A stretch of 62,354 nt of DNA, counting the filler, from Sphacelaria rigidula (Eukaryota), in NCBI GenBank assembly GCA_964200075.2. It is 6 parts of 6 records of this genome, joined end to end, with 100 filler letters (N's around TTAATTAATTAA, not from the genome) between each part and the next. Parts side by side here need not be neighbours in the genome. Positions count along the whole stretch, not along the records: positions 41,639 to 51,946 come from CAXNAA020006747.1; positions 52,047 to 62,354 come from CAXNAA020006748.1; 4 more parts are not named here. The stretch is one strand, 5' to 3'. The notes beneath the pieces were generated by a model that saw only the letters and a list, made by a program, of their open reading frames with translations, searched no databases and had not been told where the DNA came from. The position numbers were made by a program, and so were the translations under genes. Each line of letters starts with the position of its first letter. Within the stretch, counting starts at the first letter, position 1. Positions 50,301 through 62,354 of the stretch are shown in pieces.

Positions 50301-51946
50301 ATTCCCCTGCTGCCAACCCCACCATGTTTGGTCGGCTCTCGAGCGGAAGATCAACTAAGCGAGTTTCTCGCCAGCTACTCTCACCATGGTTGGGATCGCG
50401 AACAAAACGCGGAACCTTTATGTCGCGCAGCCATCCGGTACTTCCAGCTTGACTGTTCAGTCCCTTTTCCATTCGCCCTTCTGGCCCTGGTTGGCACACT
50501 GCCACCCCCAGATATCTCTGACGTATACGAACTCGTACGTAAAGGCACCCTTTTCACTACGGATGAAGGCAAACAACTACTCGTGCGTCGCCCCACGCCT
50601 TTGACGGGCGCACTTTCCATCTCAACAACGGGACGCCACGCACGACTACTCGATGACGAACCAACGCGCATATATGTCGCATTATTAATGCGTCTCTGGG
50701 TCATGAAAGGCTGCCACGTGGACTTGTCATATCACCTTGGCGTCACTCGCACCCTCGCGCTCCTGCAACGCTTCTCCTAGTGGGTTGGCATGGAATTTCC
50801 ACCCGCTTTCGGATACGGCGATGTATCGAATGCCAAGCTCGAAAAAATTCACGGCAGACAGTACGCCGGCCCGTCATCTCTGTGGGACTCCCCAACGCTC
50901 CGGGCAACCTTGTGCCCCTTGACTACTTTGGCCCTCTACCGACCACAGGTCACGGCAACACCTACATCTTACTCTTCACTGACCGCTTCAGCCGCCACGC
51001 GTTCATGTATGCGGTAACCGCTGCAGATTTCACTACCGTCGGAACGGCCGATATATTGGTCCATGACTACATGAAGCACTACGGTGCCCCGAAACGACTC
51101 TTTTCAGACAACGGTCAGCAATTCTTCTCCGATCTCTCTGATGAGCTTTACAAGCTCCTGGGCATCCGCAAAATTGCCACGAGCGCCTACCACCCTAATG
51201 GTAACGGTGGTACCGAAAGAGTTAATCACACCGGGGCTCAAATGCTCTCTATGGTCGTCAATGACCGCCAAATTGACTGGGAAGTAAACCTCTCGCACAT
51301 CATCTTGTCCTACAACAACTCGGTTAACGCCGCCACAGGCCTTTCCCCGAACGAACTCCATCTTGGGCGTTACCCTCGGCTGCCCATCATCGTGTTTGAG
51401 CGACACACGTTCGATGGCCACCAAGGATTGAATCAGGATCAGATATCCTACCACGAGCTAGCGCATTCACGACAAAGCAAAGCGTTTACGCTCGTGCGCG
51501 AACAACACGCTATCATGGCTTCGCGCCTTGAGAGATCCAACACTGCTCTCTACAACCTCATGCACAAACGCCCCAAGTGGAGAGGTGCCAATTGGGTTTG
51601 GATCTACAACAGTTTGTCGGCCATCCGCCAAGGCACCAGCAAGGCAGCCAACGAAAACATTTTGAAGACAAAATTGTCCCCCAATTGGACAGGACCATTC
51701 AAGATCCCGACAGTCGGACCATCGCCATCATCACCGGATGATAAACCCGTTGGTGACAAGCTGCTCTATCTCGGCCTGCCTCGCAACTTCCAGGGTTAGG
51801 ACACCAAACCCCGCGTCTCCGTGTACAGATGCAAACCCGGCAGGAACCCGCATGATACTAGCGACATGCCCAAGTGCTTGCCTGCCGGACTCACTCAGTA
51901 CGTTCTCAACAGCCACTCGACCAAATCCCCGCCCTATCATGTTACT

Positions 51947-52046
51947 NNNNNNNNNNNNNNNNNNNNNNNNNNNNNNNNNNNNNNNNNNNNTTAATTAATT
52001 AANNNNNNNNNNNNNNNNNNNNNNNNNNNNNNNNNNNNNNNNNNNN
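51947..52046. other. Artificial contig linker
   Basis: N44-TTAATTAATTAA-N44. Confidence 0.99.
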
Positions 52047-52399
52047 CCCGCATGCGCCGTCCCGGCTGTGTGGGGTGGAGAAGTCAATGGTCCCATGTCT
52101 ATGGCATACAGGATCCTTGTTCCCCCCCCCCCCCTCCCCCCTCCCCCCTCCCCATCCCTCCACCCCCCCCCAAAAAATCAATTTTTCGATCTTACGGTCT
52201 ACGTGTCCAGAAGTGTTCTCTCTTAAGACCCTCACGAATGAATGAATTATATTTGTCCCGGCATGTATTATTCTCGTTTTCTTCGAGATGAAGACATCAA
52301 CGCACCCACATCAGGCTAGGTCACTAACGTTTAGCTTAGTGTCGTTTTTGGAGAGCGAACATTGCCTGGGTGGCGATTATTCGCGTTTTTTTTACATCA

Positions 52400-52985
52400 T
52401 CTGGACCAGCGAATATTTGCTACATGATAGTGAAGACACTTGTAGCCCAATTCGGTCTTCTACTACAGGCGGCTCAAATAGTCGAGATTTGGTGTGGATT
52501 TCGGCCAGCGAATATTCTCTCTACCAGCGAGTATTTTTTATTTCGCTCCGAATCAAGACATATTCACACCTTCAGTCTCGACGGCACCCGTTAGAGTTTG
52601 TTGTCGATTTTGGACAGCGATTTGTTCTCGGTCAGCGATTATGTTTGCCTCCTCTCCACTTCGAGGCACCCTCACACACCTATTTGAGTCGCAGGGGCTT
52701 CAGTCGAGGATTGATACAGGTGGTGACTAGCGAATATTCTTTCGACAAGCGAATATTTCCGCCTTTGCTCCAAATCAAGACACCTCCATGCCTCTTTGGT
52801 CTCGGCGACTAGAGTTGAAGTTCTGGTGTGGATTTTACCCAGCGAGCGTCTTCTCTATCAGTGGATATCTCTGTCTTTTTTCGAGAGACTTCGACACCTA
52901 CTTCGGTCGCGGCGCCTAGCGTCTAGCTTTGACGTGGGATTTGCCCCACAATTATTTTGGCTTCTCTCAAAATCAAGACACCTGG
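52400..52985 (+). repeat. Degenerate ~110-bp tandem array (CAGCGAATATT...AATCAAGACAC)
   Basis: Recurrent motifs with ~100-115 bp spacing; same family as 55130-55940. Confidence 0.65.
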
Positions 52986-54480
52986 AGGTGAATGTCCCAA
53001 CCAAGGTACGCTTAAGGCACCTAACGGGAAAATCTCTGGTTCGTGGGAACCACAACATGTAAAACAATGCCCAGATTATCTGGAGAGAGACAACTTAATC
53101 CTCTATCGCCCAAGTTTTCCAAGATTGAAAAATAGGACACACCAAGTTGCAGAAGTAGATGTGGAGTATGGCTCTATTGACGTAAACAATGCGGCCAAAA
53201 CACCCTCTGTTTCAATTACGGTACAATTCATGCAGTAGCTCATTTCTCGCGACCTTAGACGTCTCAGACCTTCTCCTTTGGTAAATGATTATGATATTAG
53301 TGTGGTCCATTTTGAAAAAACAAAATGCATGCGAGGATGAAAACCGCCTATCCCCTGGTTTTCGGAACAAATTTCGCCATTAAGTCGGTGTTGGCAACGC
53401 CGTACTCGACATTTTTGTTTTCTTCTTCAACCCATTGAAATATGTTTTGATAGTGGTCTCCAAACGTCTGGTGTTCAGCAATGCCGTACTCGATGAAAAC
53501 GTCTTTATTTTTCCTTTTCTCCTTTATTAACCCTTCGAAGTACGTTTTAACAGCAGTCTCCCCAAGTTTGGTGTTAATGGGTTTACGATTAAGCTACTAT
53601 GACGCACGTTGAGTGATATCCCCTATTCACTCGAAATAGACAATGACTACGAAAATGGATCACCTAGAGCTAGTACGTTCCAGATATTATCCTTTGGCAC
53701 AAATCTTCACGCATCGCAATGTACCACAATGCATCACTTTCCGGCACTCAAGAGGGAAAAGAGCCAATTCGGGGATAAAATTGGCCTGTCCTCGGATTCC
53801 CGGAACAAATTTGAGCATTCTTCTCCATATTTGGCAACGCTCAACTCGACGAACACGTTCTTTGCGCTCTATGCTTTCTGTTCGTTCAGAGCTACCCAAC
53901 CGTGTGGAATTAGTTTCGACATGATTCTCGCAAAAGTTGGTGGTCGACGGATGTGACCGAGTTATAATGAAACACGTTTGCTGCCCCCCGCCTCCCCCCA
54001 CACAAAAGTTTCACCAAAATTGACTATGACTACGAGAACGGCAGACGCAGCTCGAAGACAGCAGCGAGCACGAAACAGAGCGAACCACGCAGCGAAAACT
54101 TCGCCGAACATTTCTCGGCGATGACTTTTCACGCCCTGGTCCGTCGCGGAGTAACGTCTACGGCGAAGATATACACGAGTGGCGGATGTAGGGGGGGGAG
54201 GGGGCACGGTACAGAGTAGTACGTAGAGCATCGGGTGGTACGCACAGTACTGGCACCACCTCAAACCGCGGTACTTTTAACACCTCTACAGAGAGTATAG
54301 GCAGCACCTCTATAAAGAATATAAGTGCAATCAACAGAACACGCCGAGACAGCAATAAGCAGGCGAACGCCGAGTGCTTTGTCGGCGAGAAATGCGGCGA
54401 GAGTAATATCGTTCCCATGGCACCGGTTGGTTGTCGCTGCAGAGTACCATAATCGCCTGTTCCAGGTCATCGCTATTCAG

Positions 54481-54814
54481 GCCCGTTGACGAGCCGCAGC
54501 GATTTTCAGCACATCTTCGATGGAATTTCCTTCCTCCCGTCGGCAGTACAGTACCTGGGCCAACCCTGCCAGCTATGCCCACGCTACCGCTGACACGCTT
54601 CTACAGCGAACCAACGGGGATATCAAACGTCTTCGCAACATCAGGAAAGGTCATGCGGTCGCTGTGCACCGCTTTTACGGCCTCTGCTGCACGTTCTGGG
54701 TCCACCCTTGCTCTCTGCATGCTTAGCAGCCGATCGACCAAAAAGCTGATTTCGGAGAAAGACACACACGCGCTTATTCGCAGTGCTGTGGGATGGGTTT
54801 CTGTGCTGCAAAAG
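54481..54814 (+). CDS. Putative exon of an unknown gene
   Basis: ttcag|GCCCGTT...CAAAAG|gtatgt within the 186-aa ORF 54431-54991; no recognisable domain. Confidence 0.35.
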
Positions 54815-55129
54815 GTATGTGCAGTATTTAAAAAAAAGCTCCGTGCTCTTGTGCATACGCAGCAAAAACCATTATGGAAAACGATCGGTACTTCGCGGAG
54901 TTATGGACGATTAAGAACAAGGCCCCTTAATTGGTACTGTTCCGTAATAGGGACGTTTACTGTACACTCCTACGCCGATCCACGTGACTGAAGTTGATGT
55001 TTTGGGTGAGCTTCGAACAGCGAGTATCATTTTGGCCAGCATATATTTATATATATACATTCTTTGCATCGAGGCAGCTTCACACCCACTTGAGTCTAGG
55101 TGGCTGAAAATAACGACTCAATTAGTTTT

Positions 55130-55940
55130 TTGCCAGCAAATGATACCCCGGCCAGCGAATGTTTTTGTCCTTTCTTGAGATCAACACACCCAAACACAAA
55201 AACGTGAGTCTACGAGTAGACAGCTAAAATTCAGGTTTATTGTGGAGGTTGGGCAAGAAATACATATATTCGCCAACGATTTGGCTTTTTCTTGAAACCA
55301 ATAAGCCCAACTATCGACACGCGTGCTCCTAGACTTTTGAACCGCTCACATTGAAGGCTTTTGGCGAACGACTATCGTTCGGACAGTAATTGTTTTTTGT
55401 TTATTAGGTTGTAGACGCCTACTTCGACACACGTGCTCCTAGACCTGTGGGCGACTCTTTTCGAGGTGTGATTTGTTTTCGACCAGCGAAGACATTTCGT
55501 TTCCCCTTTCTCTTGTAACCAAGACAGTTTCCTCGACACATCTGCTTCTGAACCTGTAGGCGGCTCGGGTTAAGGGTTTTTGGACAGCGAACACTTTTAC
55601 AGTGAATATTGCTGACCTTTTGTCCTGAAATCGAGACACCTACTTCGAAAAATGCGCTCCTAGATCTTTAGGCGGCTCAGCGGGAGGGCTTTCGCACAGC
55701 GAATACTTCCGGACTGCGAACATTCCTATATTTTCTTGAAATCGAGACACCGACTTCAACCCACGTACTACAAGGTCTCTAGACGCATCATGTCTAGGGC
55801 TTTCGGGCAGCGAATATTGTTCGGGCAGCGAATTTCTTCGTAAGATATTGGCATCAAGACACCTGTTTGTTGTTGCCTACTTCGACACACGTGTCCCTCG
55901 ACCCCTCGTCTACTCAAGTTGGGGGCTTTTGACAAGCGTG
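55130..55940 (+). repeat. Degenerate ~110-bp tandem array
   Basis: GACACCTACTTCGACACACGTGCTCCTAGAC...GGCTTT..GGACAGCGAA-like units recur at ~55316, 55425, 55636, 55746 and 55878. Confidence 0.75.
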
Positions 55941-57641
55941 AACCTTCCCACTTTTACTCGTCAGTGCTTCTTCCACTGATGAAACACACGAAGCATGCGT
56001 CTCCCGATCAAAACAAGCTGACTCTCAATCGCAACCTATTCTTTCTATCTCACGAAAATATTGTTTTATCGGCGAATGTTCGCGCCAATTCTTGGAGTTA
56101 GACCCTGAAAACGTGCACACGTGCCATGGGGCATTTCGAAACCTCTGAGGAGCGTTTTTTCCACCTGCCATCGGGGGTCCCAGGGTCCTAGGGAGTAACA
56201 TGCCGTTTTGAGATCCCCGAAAACCGACGAGCCAACGAAGCCCCGTTCGGTAAAGGTTTCGAAATGCCCCGTAGTATATGTGTGCATAGCATTGGCACCC
56301 GGGCCTCGAAACAAACGGGGAAAAAACATGTTACCCGAGAAATATGGTCACGCGAAAAAGAAGGTCTCGCCTCCAGAAACCACCTACCTTTTGTAGATCA
56401 AATTTCGACAAGGTATACCTAATCTATAATTATTTTGCAATGGTACCTTATCTGGGCCCCCGATCGGCCGAGAACGTACCTTTGCTAGGCCATCGCTCTC
56501 TACACTGTACCTAATGCGGCACATCGCGCGAAAGGGAGTCTACGTGCCAACTCCAACCATGGCGCCCACACGTTCGGCTCTTTTTCCGCCCATTTTCCGT
56601 TCACGGACGCTACAACGACCCCGCCTCTTTCTCGCCTGAAGTGGTTCCCGAGTCTCTCCGCATCGGCACAATACCTGGACGCACAACTCACAGCGCGTCG
56701 GTCTTCTGCGATCCGATGGTTTTTTGTGGAACACTGTTGTACTGTTGCGATCTAGGCTCTTCCACCACCAACGGGCGGTCGTCGCACCATCGATGGTTGG
56801 TTCAAGCAACGGATACAGTACTGGTCGTCACGTATAAAGAGATAGGGACAGATCAGTAATAGCGGTCAGCGCTACAGTACAGAGTAACGTGCGCCCAACG
56901 AAAACACTCGCGGAACGAGGCTAGTTCAGCCTTATTTGACCGCGAGGGTAGGTCACCTGCTGAATCGCCATCAATTCCCTGCGCAACAGCTGTGGGGGTT
57001 TGTATAAGCGCGCAGGGAAAGTCCTGAAGGGACGGATGGTTTTGTTGTGAAGCAGTCGTCCATTGTAACGGGTATAAACCGTTCAAGCAAGGAAACTTTG
57101 ATTTTGAGCAGGGAAATATGTACTACAGTACCCCTGAGTACTATTCTATATGTTTCATTCCGAGCGATGTTTCCCAAGTACCCTCACAGTTGTCACAAAT
57201 CATATCTGAAAGGAGTGTGCCAGCACTTTCGCTAGGCAGTTCAGACCCCCCTTTGGGACCTAGAGGAGAGATTCTTTCGAAAAACCGTACAACTGACCCC
57301 AAGCATACACTGTACAGTACTGCATTTTTGGGAGGGTTTCGCAGGCGGTAGGCTCGCGAACCCGGTGGCGGGATAGATGGACCGGTGTCTCTCCCGCACA
57401 CCTCCTGCTACGAAATGCTGAGCACTACTGCAAGTGCGTGATAAAGCACACCTTCTGCATATATATATACGTAGTTGTTGTGCAAAGGTACCAAAATGAC
57501 GACGGGTGGGGGGTGACGGTATGTGCTGGATTCTTTGCTACCTCATCTGCCATTGTACTGCGGGTTGTAAAAACAAACGGATCGCAACCACCCGGATGCA
57601 GCGACGCAGCACACCCCGACACCAATTCTCAACTCTGCCAG

Positions 57642-57849
57642 GAAGAAAATGACCATACCAGGCGTGATAGCTGGTTCAGACTGGATGAGGCACCTCTCGT
57701 GGGCGCTATTGGCGAAACAATCCTAAGTGTGGGAGTTTCCACGATCTCTCGCTGTGTGTGTGTCCAGTTTGGTTTTGCTCGTTTCGCCCAACTGATTGTA
57801 TCTGTATTTCCCCCTGGGGCTGCCAGGAGCTTAGTAGACGTTACAGAGG
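57642..57849 (+). CDS. Putative exon of an unknown gene
   Basis: ctgccag|GAAGAA...ACAGAG|gtgcgg; open frame EENDHTRRDSWFRLDEAPLVGAIGETIL...; boundaries approximate. Confidence 0.3.
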
Positions 57850-58209
57850 TGCGGTAGCTCACGCTCTTGTCTGCACAGCAGGCGACTACCTCGCTGCTAC
57901 ATTTTGCCTGCTCTTTACTTCGAAAATATACATGTACGCGAACAGACAGCACTGTACTTGCGCCGGCGGCAGTTGCGCGATGGGGACATCGCCTTGTTAC
58001 GTGTCTTAGAGGCACGTCCTATGAAAAAAATGCCGCACTATGACGGTGGTTCTGGGTTAGGGTTACATGGTCGAAACCGCTTGCGCATCCCGAGCCTATT
58101 GCACGAAACAAATGGCATTTCAATGGCGACTTCAACCTCACCCAAACGTTGAACCTCAAAAACGGATCCAGGCTGTAAATATCTAATTTGGATTCTTTTG
58201 TGATGCCTG

Positions 58210-58414
58210 CAAGGGCAGGTCGAGTAGAGTTTACTCAAATGCGGGGTATTTTGAAAGACGTACTTGGGGTACTCAAGTTAGGGTAGAGTGTTGGGAGTCG
58301 TACCGAAAAAATAGCTGGGGAGCGATTCCTGAAACCCTGCCACCGAGTTGTGTACTTTAAGAACGACTTTCAAAATACCCCGCAATTGAGTATCCTCTAC
58401 TCGACCTACCCTTG
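58210..58414. mobile_element. 205-bp hAT-type MITE
   Basis: TIR CAAGGGCAGGTCGAGTAGAG / CTCTACTCGACCTACCCTTG; perfect 8-bp TSD GATGCCTG (58202-58209, 58415-58422); same TIR as 22423-23499. Confidence 0.92.
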
Positions 58415-58529
58415 GATGCCTGATAAAGAAATCGAGCTGACAAAGTCATCGAGCTGACAAAGTCATCGCATTTTGGAGAGAGTGAGGTCGAGAATTTTCG
58501 CTTGAGAGAGGTGTACGTCTTAATGCGCG

Positions 58530-61500
58530 CGTTACCTTGGGGGGATTTCACCGGGCTTCTCTCGCCGTGACAAGGGGCGGGGAACTTCCAAAGGGGGGGG
58601 GATTTCAACTGCTTCCAGTTGGGTGGATGGAGTCAGCATTGGGGCATGCTGGGGCGAAGCTTGTGGAATTTCCGTTGGCAAGCTTCGCTGAGGAGTCATA
58701 GCCGAATGCAAATTGGGGTGGTCTTCGTGAGAACCATTTAGGGGTAGTTTCGCGCGGTACAATGAACGCGAAGAACAAACTCGATCAAGCTGAGTGGGTG
58801 TCACTTGACCCGAAGCGGTCAAATTGAGACCAGCGACACTTGAGCCAGTCGAGTGAAGTACACTACTGCTTGCACGTGCGGTCGCTGGAGGAAGCCCTTG
58901 CCTCAGTGACGGGTGGTTGGTTTCCCCACACCTCAGACTTACACTCAGTTCTGGAGGGCCAGGCCCAGTGCCGGGTGTAGAGCTAAGTTGTGAGTCAACG
59001 CAACTGTTGCGCTGTTTGTGAAGTGGTGAAGACGGGGGTTGACGTGAGCTGCCGTTATATATACCCCACCTATTGCCGGGGAAACTGAGATAAATATTCT
59101 TCACCTGTTTCGCGAGTGGCGTTGAGATAGTCTTCGTGGGTGCTGTCGACGGCGCCGGAGACTTCAAAACGCCGGCGATGGCGCGTCAGAGATCAGTACG
59201 ATCAGTCATGAAGGAACCAAGGTTTCTGGTGTTGGGATTCGAGTTGTCATGGTGGGGTCCCTTGCGCTGATGTATATCAGTGGCATTCTGGCCGCGGTGA
59301 GGAGGACCATCCCTGCGTCAAAGGCCCGATCTATCATATTTTGTGGGGCGACGGTCGCGGTTTGAGCGAGCGTTGTCACAGTGGTGGGGAGAGTGACGGG
59401 AAGGGCGGTTGGGTGTACGGTAATCACGCATACGTCGCTGCCAACGGTGCCACGCTGCTTCATTGTCCTGTAGTCCAGGATTCATGAGGTTGAAAGCGTT
59501 AATACAAGGACGGTTACAGTTGCGCATGCTGTGTCTCTGATTTTTACAATTGATGCAACTATTCGCATGGCGACCGAAAACGTCCTGTCGAGCAGCAGAC
59601 GAAAGAAGGGGGTTCCACAAATGTGGATCGCTTGTAGCAAACGCTGATGTAGAGACAATGTAAACATCATCCCAATTCTCAGTGGAGTACTGCCAGCCAC
59701 TAAACCTGGCGCAGAATAAATCTCGCTTGTTCGCAACGTTTATGACAGAGCTGGCGACGGAGGCGGGCACCCATGAAGAACGAGGTGAAGAGTGAAGTCT
59801 GTTACTACTACGGGGCCCTGAAGGAGTCCAGGAAAACACAGAAGTAGGCTGAGAACGCACAGAGGTATACTTTACGCGCCGCGCATGACTGGCGTCAAAT
59901 TCTTCTCTTGATGTACAAACGCACTCCACATCGCATCCACAGAGGACTAAGGTACATCGCGGTGTGCTAGAGCACCTGGAAACAGCGATAACATTAGTGT
60001 CGGGAGCTGCTCTGACACACTATTCCTCACATATGACTGACACATTGCGTCTGACGGCCCAGTGTGGCGGCCTACCACCATAGTGCCTGACGCGAGGATC
60101 TTGAGTTCTCGAAGGTAGTCCGCGAAGGGGACATCTGTTGCGACACCGAAAGAACTAAGTCGTTGTATAGCACTCTGTTGAGTGCTGCGATCGAAATAAC
60201 CGGTCAAACGGCGCTCCAGATCACGGAGTAGAGTCGGACCTGGCTCCCCCGAGGCGTGGTCCGGATCCATAACGGCCATGAAACCATCAAGGACCTGTGT
60301 CAGAGCAGTGGCAGTGTCTGGCGAGCGACGGTTGATAAAGCGGTGCAAAGCTTAATGAAACGTCTGCCAATCATCAACCCAATCGGAATTTTCAAAGCGT
60401 TGGGCACCCGTACAGTCCGCTAGCTGAAGGATGTTTCGAACGGTACGGCGTATAGATGTGATAAAGGCAGAACTAGATTGCCCCGAGTCTTCGTGTCGGC
60501 TGCAGGCATGGTTCCAACATGCCAGTGTTTTTTCACGTCCATCTGAATGTATTCTCTCTGGATGGCGGTGACCCGGGCAGAATCTGCTCGAGCGGCGACC
60601 GTTGCTGCACTAGCTGCGGCTTGCTCTCGGTCGGCGGCAGCGGCAGCCAAAGTGCGAGCCGAAGAAAAAGATAAGGGTTTGCGCAAAGCGCCGTCATCCG
60701 AAATTCCTAAATTCTGATGCGAAACGTCTGCTAGACGCGGTGTAACGCGACTTACGTCTGCAGAAACCGACGGGGACGACTTCGTGGCAGACCCAATCCT
60801 GGGCTTGGTGGAAGAAGAGCTCGACGAGCCTCCACTCTGGAGTGTCGTGTTCAACCCGGTGGTGCGACGGGATACACAGCGTGGTTGGGTCCTCCTAGCA
60901 GAGGAAAAGCTTTCACCTTCGCGGTGGTTGCGAGAACCACCGCCACGATTGCGGTCATGGTCGGCAACATCATGCCTGTAGCGTCGGTGACGAGGCGTCA
61001 CCGAGATCCAACCGTCATCACCTTGCGCTGTGGTGGACTTGGCGGCGGCGCGCAATGCGTCTAAGAGCTTGATAACGGACACTTTGTGAAGGGTGATGAA
61101 TTGTTGGATATGGCGGACTAGTTGGCCAATGTTAAGCGAAAGGGGACCATCGGAAGGACAGATCCCGTCATGGTCCAGATTGGTAGCTACTTCACCCTGG
61201 AATGGTCGAGCGAGCGCTAGCCACGCGTCACGAGAGCTTTGCAAAGGATTCGTAAGGGTGCACTTGCCCGGAAGACTCTGCACAGAAAGCGTGAGCCAAG
61301 GGATGACATCGCAGTGGGTGGAAAAGCGGCACAGTTTGGCGCCGGTGTCGGGGCCGGCGGTCGGAGTAGGGGGGGGTGGAGATGGCGTGCGGTGGGAGCG
61401 AGGAGCGGCTACAGGTTGAGAGGCTCGGTGCTGCTCTATGTGCGAGTCAATTTTCTACAGTCGCGCGGTACTGTACCGTATCTGGGCCTCCTGACTGGCG

Positions 61501-62354
61501 GCTTTATAAACCCACTCCTACGTCGTCGCGCGGATCTCCGTCAGCAAGCGTTGAGCAGCTGTACGTGCGTTTTCGACTCATGAGCGTTCCTCCTCTAGGT
61601 TGTGGAGTGAAGCGTGGTACTCCTTGATGGAGAGTCTAAACGCCGCTGCATCTGCATTGCGTCGGCGATTGGCGAGATAATTCATTATGGCTGGCGCGTG
61701 AGCAGCATACTCTTGTAGTAGTTGTTCTTGAGCAGCGCGGCTATGGGCCATGGCAATACGTGGGGGCAGCCCGAGCGGGCAGTGCTCCTGACCCAACTGT
61801 AGGCGGTCCTGCTACGGCGAAGGCGCAGGGTTGGACGGCGCGACAAAAGATGCAGGAGGGTTTGAAGCGGGTGTGAGTCCACGAGGGGCCTGGGAGCCAG
61901 TGTGAGTACCACTATCGGCGTCGGTGGCGGTCGCGGCAGCGGCTGCAGCAGAAACTACGGCGATGGGGGCTGCGGTGGGGGGTGGAGATGTGGGGTTGTC
62001 CACGGTTGTTGGTGCTATGCGCTGTAGATCGGCAAGTCGTCGCCGTAGGGAACGGATGACGGCAGCGTCAGAGCGGGAAGCTCTATCGCGTGTGAGTCGA
62101 GCACGGCGACGGCGACGGCGTGAGTCGTAGGGCGGTTGGTCGCTGGAATGCCCGATCGATGATTCCTCTGCTGAAGAAAGATCTGAAAATATGACCCTCA
62201 TGACACTTTCTACGATAGCCCCCCCCGAAAAACCAGCTAAAAGTGTCACGAAACAAATGGCAATACAGCGCCTGATGTTCGGGTTCAGGCTGCATGAAGC
62301 ACCTGTTTGACTTGCCCGTGTTAACTGAGGCGAAGCGCATTTCTTCGTGGTATC
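58530..62354 (-). mobile_element. Gag-like region of a Gypsy element related to the contig-5 element, truncated before the protease
   Basis: Colinear peptides with 43430-47560: SDLSS..RRAR, NPL.SSR.AW, LERRLTGYFDRSTQ, DP.LWNPLLSS, CINCKNQRHSMRNC (CCHC), SSVAGLNLT. Confidence 0.9.

Larger units (their letters stand above)
43430..51946 (+). mobile_element. Degenerate Ty3/Gypsy LTR retrotransposon (gag-PR-RT-RH-IN), 3' end cut by contig end
   Basis: Zn knuckle CVNCNVQGHSMRDG (~46300); protease LLDSGS (~48090) and ILLGRD (~48342); RT N-terminus PYRTNP/SSPWASP (49155-49420); RNase H ELE..YTDH..RW..NADLLSRLP (49440-49735); integrase HHCC, LDYFGP, FSDNG and YHPNGNGGTERVN (50710-51800). Order RT-RH-IN. 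Many stops and frameshifts. Confidence 0.95.

Noticed and set aside
56642..56795. Exon linking 54814 to 57642
   Set aside because: In-frame TAG and phase mismatch with the next candidate exon; at best pseudogenic.

Overview
This window is not one locus. It is six unrelated eukaryotic contigs of about 10.3 kb (1-10310, 10411-20720, 20821-31129, 31230-41538, 41639-51946, 52047-62354), sorted by length and joined by artificial 100-bp N44-TTAATTAATTAA-N44 linkers. Short GT-AG exons in kb-scale repeat-filled introns, (AATC)n-tailed interspersed repeats and TTAGGG-like motifs suggest a brown alga or other stramenopile; this is an inference. I could build two spliced genes by hand with fully consistent intron phases. 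(i) Contig 2, minus strand: a 3'-truncated protein of at least 555 aa combining a low-complexity N-terminus, an atypical bHLH/coiled-coil and an F-box. This is the most interesting item. (ii) Contig 3, minus strand: six internal exons of a SART1/Snu66-like tri-snRNP protein. The rest is mostly mobile DNA: a decayed chromodomain-bearing Ty3/Gypsy (contig 1), a large decayed Ty3/Gypsy (contig 5) with a relative in contig 6, hAT-type non-autonomous elements with 8-bp TSDs, a TA-flanked MITE family carrying a tRNA-like Pol III module, LINE/SINE tails and tandem repeats. Most ORF-track entries are spurious. All domain calls come from motif recognition by eye, not from searches.
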